Assembly (NCBI GenBank): GCA_031420915.1
Contig: JANONS010000018.1
Location: 1 to 19,133 of the forward strand
DNA length: 19,133 nt
From: Armatimonadota bacterium
Lineage (GTDB): Bacteria > Sysuimicrobiota > Sysuimicrobiia > Sysuimicrobiales > Humicultoraceae
Direction: 5' to 3'
The notes under the pieces are model-generated. The model did no database searches, was not told the origin of the DNA, and saw only the letters and a list, made by a program, of their open reading frames with translations. A program made the translations under genes and the position numbers. This document shows, one piece after another, positions 1-8,161 of this stretch; the first letter of the stretch is position 1; every line of letters begins with the position of its first letter.

Positions 1-1857
1 GAGGGAATAGGGGCGACCGTGGAAGGGAGAGGGCTGCGCTTCCACTCCGCCCATATTGCCCTGACCGCTTCCCCCATAGATCGTGTTGTCGCTGTTCAGG
101 ATTTCCCGCCACCGCCCTCCCCGCGGGACACCCACACGGTAGTCGTGGCGGACGACCGGTGTGAAGTTGCAGACGATGAGAACGATGTCATCCGTTGACC
201 GGCCCCGGCGGAGGAAGCTGAGGGTGCTGTGATCCCGGTCGCCGGCATCCACCCATTCGAAGCCCGTCGGGTCGCAGTCGAGTTCATGCAGGGGCGCTTC
301 ATGCCGGTACAGCGTGTTGAGGTCCTGCACCCACCTGTGCACGCCCGCATGGGGAGCCTCCTGGAGCAGGTGCCAGTCCAGGCTGCCATCGTGGGCCCAC
401 TCGCGCTGTTGCCCGAACTCACCGCCCATGAAGAGCAGCTTCTTCCCTGGATGCGCGTACATGTACCCGAGGAGCAGGCGCAGGCTGGCGAATCGCTGCC
501 AATCATCTCCCGCCATCTTCATCAACAGGGAGCGTTTGCCGTGCACGACCTCATCGTGTGAGAGGGGGAGCAGGAAGTTCTCCGAGAAGGCGTACATCAT
601 CCGAAAGGTCAGCTTGTCGTGATGGTACTGGCGGTAGACGGAGTCCCAGGCCATGTAGCCCAGTGTGTCGTGCATCCACCCCAGGTCAGTCTTCATCCCG
701 AAGCCCAGGCCCCCCACAGAGGTGGGACGGGTGACCAGAGGCCAGGTGGTGGATTCCTCCGCGATCATTTGCACCTCCGGGTGGTTGGCGTACACGACCT
801 CGTTCAGCCGGCGCAGGAACCCCATGGCCTCCAAGTGCTCCCGGCCTCCATAGATATTGGGGACCCATTCTCCCTCCTTGCGTGAGTAGTCCAGGTACAG
901 CATCGACGCGACCGCATCCACACGCAGGCCGTCAGCGTGGTACCGCTCCAGCCAGAAGCGGGCGTTGCTGATGAGAAAACTCTGCACCTCCGGCCGGCCG
1001 TAATCGAAGATCAGGCTGTCCCAATCTGGATGGACCGCTTTCCGCGGGTCGGCGTACTCGTAGAGAGGGGTCCCGTCGAAGCAGGCCAGGCCGTGTGGGT
1101 CGTTGGGGAAGTGCGAGGGGACCCAGTCGAGGATCACCCCGATGCCCTCCTGGTGCAGGTGGTCGACCAGGGACATGAAATCCGCCGGCTCTCCGTAGCG
1201 GCTGGTGGGGGCGAAGTATCCGGTGACCTGATAGCCCCAGGAACCGTAGAAGGGGTGCTCCATCACCGGGAGAAACTCGACGTGCGTGAAGCCCATCCGC
1301 CGCACGTAGGCGGCCAGCCTCGGAGCCATTTCCCGGTAGGTGAGCGGCCGGTCCCCCTCCTCAGGCACCCGCATCCAGGAGCCAAGGTGCACCTCGTAGA
1401 TGGCCATCGGCGCGGTGAGCGAGTTTCGCTGGCCCCGCTCTGCCATCCACGCCTGGTCCTGCCAGGCGTAATCGAGATCTGTGACTATCGAGGCTGTTCG
1501 GGGCGGCACCTCAGCGTGGAGAGCGAAGGGATCCGCTTTGTCCATCCAGGAGCCCGTGCGGTGCGAAATGATGTGGTATTTGTACCGCGTGCCCCCCCCA
1601 ACACCGGGGACGAACCCTTCCCAGATGCCCGACCCCTCTCTCCGGCGCAGGGGATGGACCATCGGATTCCAGTCGCTGAAGTCCCCCATCACGAAGACCT
1701 GCTCGGCGTTAGGCGCCCACACACCAAAGTGTGTCCCGGTCACGCCGTCTATGCGCATGAGGTGGGCTCCCAACTTCTCGTACAGGCGATCGTGGGTCCC
1801 CTCGCTGAAGAGGTACAGGTCGTCGGCGGTGAGGAGGGTCGTCCCCGTCTGCCGCAT
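1..1857 (-). CDS. glgB: 1,4-alpha-glucan (glycogen) branching enzyme, GH13. The C-terminus is truncated by the window edge (about 619 codons present).
   Basis: I translated the reverse strand by hand starting from the ATG at 1857..1855. The N-terminus [32 protein letters not shown]...[24 protein letters not shown] is CBM48-like. Catalytic-core motifs follow: [36 protein letters not shown] and [12 protein letters not shown]. The ORF runs off position 1 with no stop, which explains its absence from the complete-ORF track. The + strand ORF 937..1947 is its antisense artefact. Confidence 0.9.
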   Translation of the reverse strand, partial: MRQTGTTLLTADDLYLFSEGTHDRLYEKLGAHLMRIDGVTGTHFGVWAPNAEQVFVMGDFSDWNPMVHPLRRREGSGIWEGFVPGVGGGTRYKYHIISHRTGSWMDKADPFALHAEVPPRTASIVTDLDYAWQDQAWMAERGQRNSLTAPMAIYEVHLGSWMRVPEEGDRPLTYREMAPRLAAYVRRMGFTHVEFLPVMEHPFYGSWGYQVTGYFAPTSRYGEPADFMSLVDHLHQEGIGVILDWVPSHFPNDPHGLACFDGTPLYEYADPRKAVHPDWDSLIFDYGRPEVQSFLISNARFWLERYHADGLRVDAVASMLYLDYSRKEGEWVPNIYGGREHLEAMGFLRRLNEVVYANHPEVQMIAEESTTWPLVTRPTSVGGLGFGMKTDLGWMHDTLGYMAWDSVYRQYHHDKLTFRMMYAFSENFLLPLSHDEVVHGKRSLLMKMAGDDWQRFASLRLLLGYMYAHPGKKLLFMGGEFGQQREWAHDGSLDWHLLQEAPHAGVHRWVQDLNTLYRHEAPLHELDCDPTGFEWVDAGDRDHSTLSFLRRGRSTDDIVLIVCNFTPVVRHDYRVGVPRGGRWREILNSDNTIYGGSGQGNMGGVEAQPSPFHGRPYSL

Positions 1858-3977
1858 CAACGCGCTCGCCTCTCTCGCCGCATGCGATTCACCTCGCGCA
1901 GCATCTCCAGGATGCGGTTCCTGTGGCTGAACGTTTCAAGTGCGTAGCGGGCCTTCCGCCGCCAGTTCGGGCGTTCGAAGCCCGTACCAGGAACGTTCTG
2001 CCGACGCCGCTCAAACCACAGGTCCTCCAGATTCACGATGACGATCCGGGCCCGGCTCGCGGCCAGACGGGTGAGGATGGCCGGCAGGACCTGCGCCACG
2101 CTGGCTCGCCCCTTTCGGAGCCACCCGCCACGTCGCAGGAAGGAGAGCAGCGCTCGGCGGTGCCGGGTTTGCAGATCCTTCCAGAAGGCTGTGAAGGGAG
2201 GCATGTCGTGCGTGTTGAGTCCTGCCAGCGCGTCGGCGGGGATCGGCCGCAGGGTCCCGTGGCCCCGTCGCGCCCTCTCGTATTGTACGATGTAGGTCCG
2301 GTGGATGTTGTGCCGGGTCATGCTCCGTCGAATGGCGGGCGGCACGGTGCCCAGGTCTTCACCGACGATGACGGCCCGGTGCCGGTGCGATTCAAGGGTC
2401 AGGATGGCGTAGAACTCCTCGGCGGGGTAGCGCACGTACACTCCCTGACGGGCCTCCAGCCCATGAGGGATCCAGAAGAGGCGGTGGAAGCCCATCACGT
2501 GATCGATGCGCAGGATCGACGCGAACTGGAGCTGGTGGCGGATGGCGCCGATGTAGTACCGGTAGCCCTGCTCCCGAAGCCTGTTCGGGTGTAGCGGCGG
2601 GAACCCCCAGTTCTGACCTCCGGTGAAGAAGACGTCCGGTGGCGCTCCCACGGAGATGTTCGGGGCGAATGCCTCGCGCTCGCGCCAGACATCGTACCCG
2701 GCCGCGTGCGCCCCAAGCGGGAGATCAAGGAGGAGCCCCACGCCTCGGCGGCGGGCTTTCTCGGATAGCGTCCGCAGCTGCTGGTCGGCCAGCCACTGGA
2801 CGTAGAGGTGGTAGCGCCGCGCGTCTTCATCATAGTCCCCCCCGTGCACGACCCCGTCGCGCAGGGGTACGGGCCATTGCTGCCAGGGAGTGCGCCGCCG
2901 GTCGCACACCGCCCGAAAGCGGGCGTAGTCCTCGAGGGCAGGATGCGCCCGTGCAAAGCGGCGGAAGGTGGCCTGTCGCGGGGAGGGCCCGCTGAAGAAG
3001 CATCGCGCCAGCTCCTCAAGGATCCCTCGCTTCGCCCGCATTGCGCGGCGGTAGTCCACCTGGCTCGACGCCCGCAGCGCGGCAAGTTCGCTCTGGAGCG
3101 CCGGTGAGCGCAGGAGGGCCTGCGCGGCAGGGCACCGCTCCAGCTCGGGGCTGCGCGTCGCATCCAGATAGAACTCGTTCCAGAAGAGGCGGCTCGCCGG
3201 GGAGAAGGGGCTGGGGTCAAAGGGCTCATCCAGAAAGGCGGCCAGAAGCGGCAGGGTGGCGACTGCGCCGCCCCCGAGCCCGGCGACCCACTCCATCAGA
3301 TCATCCAGATCGGAAAGGTCGCCGGCCCCCCAGTCCCGGCGCGAACGCAGCGCGTAGAGCGGCAAGAAGACGCCCCAGGTCCTCTCTTCGTCCGCTTTGA
3401 GGGGAAACGCCCGGCGCGGAGCCGCGATGATCAACGTTTCCAGGCGCCGTCCGCGTGTGTGGATCGTCAAGCGGTGGTATCCGCAAGGTACCTCCGGCAA
3501 TGGGAGTCGCTTCACCACGTACCGTTGACCTTCGACCTCCGCAGCATGCACGGTGGCGAGCCGGCCCGGATCCACTGTCCAGCGCCGCACCTCGCCGCTC
3601 TCAACGTGGAGATGGCAGGTCAGGGCGGTGGTGAGCGTGCTGGCGGGGAGCCGCAGGTCAACGACGGCAGGATGCCCGTCCCATGCCACGATGACCGGTT
3701 CGCACCCCCGCTGCCAGCGTTCCCGCCTGTGCGCGAGGAGCGCCTCGGGGACATCGCGCAGCGTCTCGACCGGAGCGCCCAGCGCGCGGAGCGCCGCCAG
3801 CAAGGCCTCGGGCCCCGCGTGCCTGCGGCGGGAGGAGACATCGAGATATGCCGTCTGCACGCCATACAGGCTTGCCAGACGGCGAAGCTGACGGAGGGAG
3901 GAAGCGGTCAGCCCTGTGCCCGGAACCACTCGACCGTTCGGCGCAGCCCTTCCTCCAATCCTATCCGCGGCCGCCAT
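1857..3977 (-). CDS. malQ: 4-alpha-glucanotransferase (amylomaltase, GH77). This is the long form, with an N-terminal domain of about 200 aa.
   Basis: The N-terminus carries [17 protein letters not shown]. The catalytic region carries [44 protein letters not shown] and [12 protein letters not shown]. The TGA stop (1859..1857) overlaps the glgB ATG (1857..1855) as TGATG. The first ATG (3977) overlaps the upstream epimerase by 70 nt, so a GTG at 3929 is an alternative start. Confidence 0.9.
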   Translation of the reverse strand: MAAADRIGGRAAPNGRVVPGTGLTASSLRQLRRLASLYGVQTAYLDVSSRRRHAGPEALLAALRALGAPVETLRDVPEALLAHRRERWQRGCEPVIVAWDGHPAVVDLRLPASTLTTALTCHLHVESGEVRRWTVDPGRLATVHAAEVEGQRYVVKRLPLPEVPCGYHRLTIHTRGRRLETLIIAAPRRAFPLKADEERTWGVFLPLYALRSRRDWGAGDLSDLDDLMEWVAGLGGGAVATLPLLAAFLDEPFDPSPFSPASRLFWNEFYLDATRSPELERCPAAQALLRSPALQSELAALRASSQVDYRRAMRAKRGILEELARCFFSGPSPRQATFRRFARAHPALEDYARFRAVCDRRRTPWQQWPVPLRDGVVHGGDYDEDARRYHLYVQWLADQQLRTLSEKARRRGVGLLLDLPLGAHAAGYDVWREREAFAPNISVGAPPDVFFTGGQNWGFPPLHPNRLREQGYRYYIGAIRHQLQFASILRIDHVMGFHRLFWIPHGLEARQGVYVRYPAEEFYAILTLESHRHRAVIVGEDLGTVPPAIRRSMTRHNIHRTYIVQYERARRGHGTLRPIPADALAGLNTHDMPPFTAFWKDLQTRHRRALLSFLRRGGWLRKGRASVAQVLPAILTRLAASRARIVIVNLEDLWFERRRQNVPGTGFERPNWRRKARYALETFSHRNRILEMLREVNRMRRERRAR

Positions 3978-4828
3978 CCCAGGAGGCGCGCCGCCTGCGA
4001 CGGATCGAGGGCGCTGCGGTAGACATCACCCTCGCGTGGCGGGCCGTAGCGGGGAGCCTCCCTATGGCCGGTCAGGGCGGCCAGCAGGCGGTGGATCTCG
4101 TTGACCGTCGTCTCGGCGCCGGTGGAGATGTGTGCAACGCCGTCCCCCGCGTGGTCAGTCGCGAGCAGGTTGGCCTGCGCCACGTCCTCGACGTAAACGA
4201 AGTCGCGAGTCTGGGTGCCGTCTCCGAAGATCGTCGTCGCGCGTCCCGCCAGCATCGCCGCGGCAAAGATGGCCACCACCCCGGCCTCGCCAGAAGGATC
4301 CTGGCGGGGACCGTAGACGTTCGCATAGCGCAGGGTGAAGTAGGGCAGATCGTGCAGGCGGCGGGAGAGGGCGAGGTAGATTTCACCCGCATACTTGGAG
4401 GCGCCGTAGGGGCTCAGCGGCTGGATGGGCTGGTCCTCGCTGACCGGGACGTGCGCGGGCTCGCCATACAGCGTTCCGCCGGAGGCGGCAAAGATCACCT
4501 TCCGGACCCCTGCCCGCACCGCCTGGTCCAGCAGGTTGACCGTCCCGAGCACGTTCACCCGGGCGTCCTCCACCGGGTTTTTGACCGAGACGCTGACCGA
4601 GGACTGCGCGGCGTGGTGGTTCACGACCTCAGGCCGCTCCTGTTCGAAGACCTCCGCGAGCGCCGGGGAGGCGACGTCCACACGATAGAGCCGAGCCCGG
4701 GGATCGACGTATGCCTCCCGCCCGGTGGCCAGCGTGTCCACCACGGCGACATGGTGGCCGTGAGCCAGGTAGGCGTCGACGACGTGCGACCCGATGAAGC
4801 CCGCGCCTCCGGTGACGAGAATTTTCAC
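3908..4828 (-). CDS. NAD-dependent epimerase/dehydratase of the SDR family, similar to UDP-glucose 4-epimerase (GalE-like).
   Basis: The Rossmann motif MKILVTGGAGFIGSHVVDAYL is present. The catalytic SPYGASKYAGE (YxxxK) motif is present. The C-terminus ends ...LGWRP. The start is a GTG at 4828. Confidence 0.85.
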   Translation of the reverse strand: MKILVTGGAGFIGSHVVDAYLAHGHHVAVVDTLATGREAYVDPRARLYRVDVASPALAEVFEQERPEVVNHHAAQSSVSVSVKNPVEDARVNVLGTVNLLDQAVRAGVRKVIFAASGGTLYGEPAHVPVSEDQPIQPLSPYGASKYAGEIYLALSRRLHDLPYFTLRYANVYGPRQDPSGEAGVVAIFAAAMLAGRATTIFGDGTQTRDFVYVEDVAQANLLATDHAGDGVAHISTGAETTVNEIHRLLAALTGHREAPRYGPPREGDVYRSALDPSQAARLLGWRPRIGLEEGLRRTVEWFRAQG

Positions 4829-4852
4829 GGTGGGTCTATCGCCACGGTGGAA

Positions 4853-5143
4853 TTACCGCCGGGCCGCAGAACGCCGCGGCACGCGCTTCACGCGGTCCAG
4901 CGCGCGCACGGCCACCTCGGCCTCCTCAAGCGAAAGGGTGCCGACCAGCCACTTGATCTCCCGCAGTACCTCGCCCGCGGCCAGGTCGCGCAGCGGATCG
5001 CGGGGGCCGGGGATGCGCTTCCGCCGCGCTTCCTCTATCTCACGCAGTAACTGCCGCTGCCGGCTGACCGGCAGGGAGAGGACTTCGCTGCGGATCCGGC
5101 CCCGCAACTCGAGCAGCCGACGGAGGTTCCTCCCGCTCAACAT
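4853..5143 (-). CDS. Hypothetical small basic protein of 96 aa. It is the likely first gene of the glycogen/maltodextrin operon.
   Basis: Only the distal 96 codons of track ORF 4853..5590 are plausible, because the upstream part is antisense to pgi. Third-codon-position GC is high. The sequence is MLSGRNLRRLLELRGRIRSEVLSLPV...LSLEEAEVAVRALDRVKR. A TATTAT -10 lies 6 nt upstream of the ATG. The TAA stop lies 24 nt upstream of the epimerase GTG. I do not recognise the family. Confidence 0.4.
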   Translation of the reverse strand: MLSGRNLRRLLELRGRIRSEVLSLPVSRQRQLLREIEEARRKRIPGPRDPLRDLAAGEVLREIKWLVGTLSLEEAEVAVRALDRVKRVPRRSAARR

Positions 5144-5148
5144 GCCCC

Positions 5149-5155
5149 TATAATA
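5149..5155. promoter_or_regulatory. A shared, overlapping -10 region between divergent genes. TATAAT is read on the + strand at 5149..5154. TATTAT is read on the - strand over 5150..5155. Both imply leaderless transcripts.
   Basis: On the + strand, TATAAT is followed by 7 nt and then ATG 5162. On the - strand, TATTAT is followed by 6 nt and then ATG 5143. No SD is present on either side. Only 18 bp separate the two start codons. Confidence 0.45.
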
Positions 5156-5158
5156 CCT

Positions 5159-6217
5159 GTGATGCACCCCCTCGACGACCCCGAGACGTACCGGCGCCTG
5201 GATCCCCAAGATATGGCGGGGCTGGTCGCGCGCCTCCCCGAGATGGGCGAGGAGATCTGGCAGATAGCGATGCGGCTGCGCCTGCCGCAGGTCATGGAGT
5301 CGACGACCATCATCGTCCTGGGCATGGGTGGGTCCGGCGTGGGGGGCGATCTCCTCCAGGCGTTGATCGGCCCGTCGTTTCCGGTTCCCGTCATCGTCGT
5401 CAAGGACCGGCACGTCCCCGCCTTCGTGGGGCCCCAGAGCCTGGTCTTTGCCTGCTCCCATTCGGGCAACACCGAGGAGACCATTCAGGCGTATACGGAA
5501 GCGAAACAGGCTGGCGCCCCGGCCCTCGTGAACACCTCCGGAGGTGTGCTGGGCGCCCGCGCGGCGGAGCACGGCGATCCGGTCGTCCATCTTCCCGGGG
5601 GGCTTCCGCCCCGAGCCGCGGTGCCCTACCTCTTTTTGCCGATGGTCAGCGCGCTGCGCCGGTTAACGCACATGGGAGAACTCTCGGGGGAGTGGGCATT
5701 GGCGCGCGACGTCCTGCGGGCACTGGCGGGCGAACTCAACCGCGAGGTTCCTGCGGAGCGGAACGCTGCGAAGCGACTGGCGGCGCGCCTGGTCGGTCAC
5801 ATTCCCGCGGTGTATGCGTCCTCCCCCAGCCTGGCGGTGGCGGCTTACCGCTGGAAGTGTCAGTTCAACGAGAACGGGAAGACCCTCGCGTTGTGGAACA
5901 CCTTTCCTGAACTCAACCACAATGAGACGGTGGGGTGGGAAGACGAGAGAATCGCGCGCCAACTCTCGGTGGTCCTGCTGCGGGAACCGGACGAACCCGA
6001 TGAAGTGTCGCGCCGCGTGACCGTGACCCGGGAGGTGGTCTTTCAGAAGGCGGCATCGGTGGACGAGGTCCTGGCCCGAGGCTCCACCCGCCTGGCGCGG
6101 CTCCTCTCGCTGGTGCTGTTCGGCGATTTCACGAGCGCCTACCTGGCTCTGTTGCGGGGTGTGGATCCTACTCCCGTGCGACCCATCGAAGAGGTGAAGC
6201 GCCGGCTGGGCGGCTAG
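5159..6217 (+). CDS. Bifunctional phosphoglucose/phosphomannose isomerase (SIS domain, PGI/PMI family).
   Basis: The SIS motifs TTIIVLGMGGSG and FACSHSGNTEETIQAY are present. The sequence ...WKCQFNENGK..NHNETVGWE is typical of the archaeal-type PGI/PMI family. The track begins at GTG 5159. ATG 5162, immediately after it, is the more likely leaderless start. Confidence 0.85.
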   Translation: MMHPLDDPETYRRLDPQDMAGLVARLPEMGEEIWQIAMRLRLPQVMESTTIIVLGMGGSGVGGDLLQALIGPSFPVPVIVVKDRHVPAFVGPQSLVFACSHSGNTEETIQAYTEAKQAGAPALVNTSGGVLGARAAEHGDPVVHLPGGLPPRAAVPYLFLPMVSALRRLTHMGELSGEWALARDVLRALAGELNREVPAERNAAKRLAARLVGHIPAVYASSPSLAVAAYRWKCQFNENGKTLALWNTFPELNHNETVGWEDERIARQLSVVLLREPDEPDEVSRRVTVTREVVFQKAASVDEVLARGSTRLARLLSLVLFGDFTSAYLALLRGVDPTPVRPIEEVKRRLGG

Positions 6218-6276
6218 TGTGCGGGTAGGGGAAGGTGCCTCGCCTCCGCGTACGCTACTTGCGGTACTCTCCGGGT

Positions 6277-6297
6277 TGTGATTACAATGTAATCACA
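6277..6297 (+). promoter_or_regulatory. A 21-bp perfect palindrome, TGTGATTACA-a-TGTAATCACA. It is the putative MazE/MazEF autoregulatory operator and overlaps a TACAAT -10. It ends on the A of the mazE ATG.
   Basis: The 10-1-10 inverted repeat can be read directly. TACAAT lies at 6283..6288. A possible -35, TTGCGG, lies at 6259..6264 with an 18-nt spacer. Confidence 0.6.
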
Positions 6298-6554
6298 TGG
6301 TCACCAAGAGCCGCATTATTCAGATTGGGAATTCCAGGGGCATCCGGGTGCCGAAGGTTCTGCTCGATCAGGCGCAGCTGCCGGAGGAGGTCGAGTTGCA
6401 CGCCGAGCCGGGACGACTCGTCGTGAGAGCGGCTAGGCGGCCGCGCGCCGGCTGGGTGGAGGCGGCTCGCGCGATGCGCCGGCGTGCCGAGGATCAGCTC
6501 CTCGACGAACCAACGCCTACGCGGTTTGAAGACGAGGGCTGGGAGTGGCGTTAG
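6297..6554 (+). CDS. mazE: Type II antitoxin of the AbrB/MazE (SpoVT-AbrB fold) family.
   Basis: The N-terminus, IQIGNSRGIRVPKVLLDQAQL, is a swapped-hairpin motif. The C-terminus is acidic and Trp-containing (FEDEGWEWR). The gene overlaps the downstream toxin by 10 nt. Confidence 0.85.
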   Translation: MVTKSRIIQIGNSRGIRVPKVLLDQAQLPEEVELHAEPGRLVVRAARRPRAGWVEAARAMRRRAEDQLLDEPTPTRFEDEGWEWR

Positions 6555-6883
6555 GACCAGGCTCTCCGGCTCGAGGCGAGATCCATCTTGTCCGGTTGGG
6601 CCCGGTTCGTGGAAGCGAAATCCGAAAGACCCGGCCATGCCTCGTGGTCTCTCCGGACGAACTCAACCAGCACCTCCGTACCGCGCTTGTGGCGCCCATG
6701 ACGACAGGCGGGCATGTCTATCCGTGGCGCATTTCGTGCCGGTTTCAGAACCGGTCCGGATTCGTGGCGCTCGACCAACTCCGCACCGTCGATATCGAGC
6801 GTCTGCTGAAGCGGCTTGGTCGGCTGCCTGCGACCACCATCCGGCAGGTTCTTCAAGGTCTTCAAGAGATGTTTGCGGAGTAG
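6545..6883 (+). CDS. mazF: Type II toxin of the MazF/PemK mRNA-interferase family.
   Basis: RGEIHLVRLGPVRGSEIRKTRPCLVVSPDELN and ...VAPMTT...VALDQLRTVDIERL match the PemK/MazF fold. The GTG start overlaps the mazE stop. Confidence 0.85.
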   Translation: MALGPGSPARGEIHLVRLGPVRGSEIRKTRPCLVVSPDELNQHLRTALVAPMTTGGHVYPWRISCRFQNRSGFVALDQLRTVDIERLLKRLGRLPATTIRQVLQGLQEMFAE

Positions 6884-6970
6884 TCCATCACAGGAGGGAT
6901 AGGGCAGAAGCGCCGAAATGTGTAGTACCCGAGCCGCAGGTTGTCGGCAGAGGGGCGAGGTGGCAGCGAC

Positions 6971-8071
6971 GTGGCGAAGGTCCAGCTGGAGAACCTGACC
7001 AAGAAGTTCGGCGCGGTCACGGCCGTGAACGACGTGACGCTCGAGATTCCCGACAAGCAGTTCACCGTGCTGGTCGGACCCTCGGGGTGCGGGAAGACCA
7101 CCTGTCTCCGCCTGGTGGCCGGGTTGGAGGAGGCCACGGCGGGCAACATCTACATCGGCGAGCGCCGCGTGAACGATGTTCCCCCGAAGGACCGCGACAT
7201 CGCCATGGTCTTCCAGAACTACGCGCTGTACCCCCACATGTCGGTGTACGACAACATGGCCTTCGGGCTGCGCCTGCGGAAGTACCCGAAGCCGGAGATC
7301 GACCGCCGGGTCAAGGAAGCCGCGGCGATGCTGGGGATCGAGGGGCTGCTCGGCCGGAAGCCCAAGCAGCTCTCCGGCGGGCAGCGCCAGCGGGTGGCCC
7401 TGGGGCGCGCCATCGTCCGGGACCCGCAAGTCTTCTTGATGGACGAACCCCTCAGCAACCTGGATGCCAAACTGCGCGTTGAGACGCGGGCTGAGATCAA
7501 GAAGCTGCACCCTCACCTGCAGACGACGACGATCTACGTCACGCACGACCAGGTGGAAGCGATGACGATGGGCGATCGCATCGTGGTCATGCACGACGGC
7601 CTCGTCCAGCAAGTGGACACGCCGCTCAACCTGTACGGGAAACCCGCGAACCTGTTTGTCGCAGGCTTCATCGGTAGCCCGGCGATGAACTTCCTCCGCA
7701 GCAAGTTGGTTCAGCGGAATGGGGCCATCGAAATAGACGCGGGCACCTTCCGGCTGCCGGTGCCGGCGGATATCGCGCAGGAGGCGCGGCCGTGGATCGG
7801 GCAGGAGGTTGTCTTCGGCATCCGCCCGGAGGACATCCAGGATCGCGCGCTGTGGCGGGACGCTCCGCCGGAGTGGGCGGTGGGGACGACCGTGGATGTG
7901 CACGAGCCCATCGGGTCGGACATCATCCTCCACCTCTCCGCGGGGGATCAGGCGGTGATCGCCCGGGTGGACGCGCAGAGCGAGGCCCGGATGGGCCGGC
8001 CGCTGGAGGTCGTCTTCAATATGCGGAAGATGCACCTGTTCAATCCTCAGACGTCACAGGCCATCATCTAG
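6971..8071 (+). CDS. Sugar ABC transporter ATP-binding protein of the MalK/MsiK/UgpC family. It is stand-alone, with no adjacent permease or binding protein.
   Basis: The N-terminus is MAKVQLENLTKKFG. Walker A is GPSGCGKTT. The signature motif is LSGGQRQRVALGRA. Walker B is VFLMDEPLSNLDA. The H-loop is YVTHDQ. A C-terminal TOBE-like regulatory domain ends MHLFNP. A strong RBS, GAGGTGG, lies 7 nt before the GTG at 6971. The track's TTG at 6941 is probably too far upstream. Confidence 0.9.
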   Translation: MAKVQLENLTKKFGAVTAVNDVTLEIPDKQFTVLVGPSGCGKTTCLRLVAGLEEATAGNIYIGERRVNDVPPKDRDIAMVFQNYALYPHMSVYDNMAFGLRLRKYPKPEIDRRVKEAAAMLGIEGLLGRKPKQLSGGQRQRVALGRAIVRDPQVFLMDEPLSNLDAKLRVETRAEIKKLHPHLQTTTIYVTHDQVEAMTMGDRIVVMHDGLVQQVDTPLNLYGKPANLFVAGFIGSPAMNFLRSKLVQRNGAIEIDAGTFRLPVPADIAQEARPWIGQEVVFGIRPEDIQDRALWRDAPPEWAVGTTVDVHEPIGSDIILHLSAGDQAVIARVDAQSEARMGRPLEVVFNMRKMHLFNPQTSQAII

Positions 8072-8161
8072 ACAGCCTCGGGAGAGCCAGTCGTTCGCAC
8101 GCGCACTGATCCGCTGGAGCCGAGCAGCCGCCTGATAACCGGCGGGGAGGCAGGTTGCCTC

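Noticed and set aside
937-1947. A 336-aa + strand ORF and the nested 149-aa ORF 1481..1930.
   Set aside because: It is antisense to the well-supported glgB gene. It has no recognisable motifs and a low-complexity R/G/P/V-rich composition, which is typical of high-GC antisense frames.
1923-3486. Several + strand and - strand alternate-frame ORFs inside malQ (1923..2594, 2495..3229, 2639..2995, 3041..3400 and others).
   Set aside because: They overlap the GH77 amylomaltase frame, which carries multiple catalytic motifs. Their Arg/Ala/Pro-rich composition is an artefact of the GC content.
3848-5050. A 400-aa + strand ORF and the ORF 4794..5153.
   Set aside because: They are antisense to the SDR epimerase and to the 96-aa gene. 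They have no domain signatures and a biased composition.
5146-5590. The upstream 149 codons of the track ORF 4853..5590 (minus).
   Set aside because: This part is antisense to pgi/pmi and is nonsense-like. Only the segment downstream of ATG 5143 looks genuine.
6484-8035. A 332-aa + strand Arg-rich ORF and a 494-aa minus-strand ORF covering the ABC ATPase region.
   Set aside because: The MalK-family frame (6971..8071) carries Walker A, Walker B, signature and H-loop motifs. The others are alternate-frame or antisense artefacts.
8107-8109. A TGA that at first seemed to bound the esterase ORF upstream.
   Set aside because: Frame counting shows it is out of frame. The esterase frame is actually open back to the malK-like TAG at 8069..8071, and this became the finding above.
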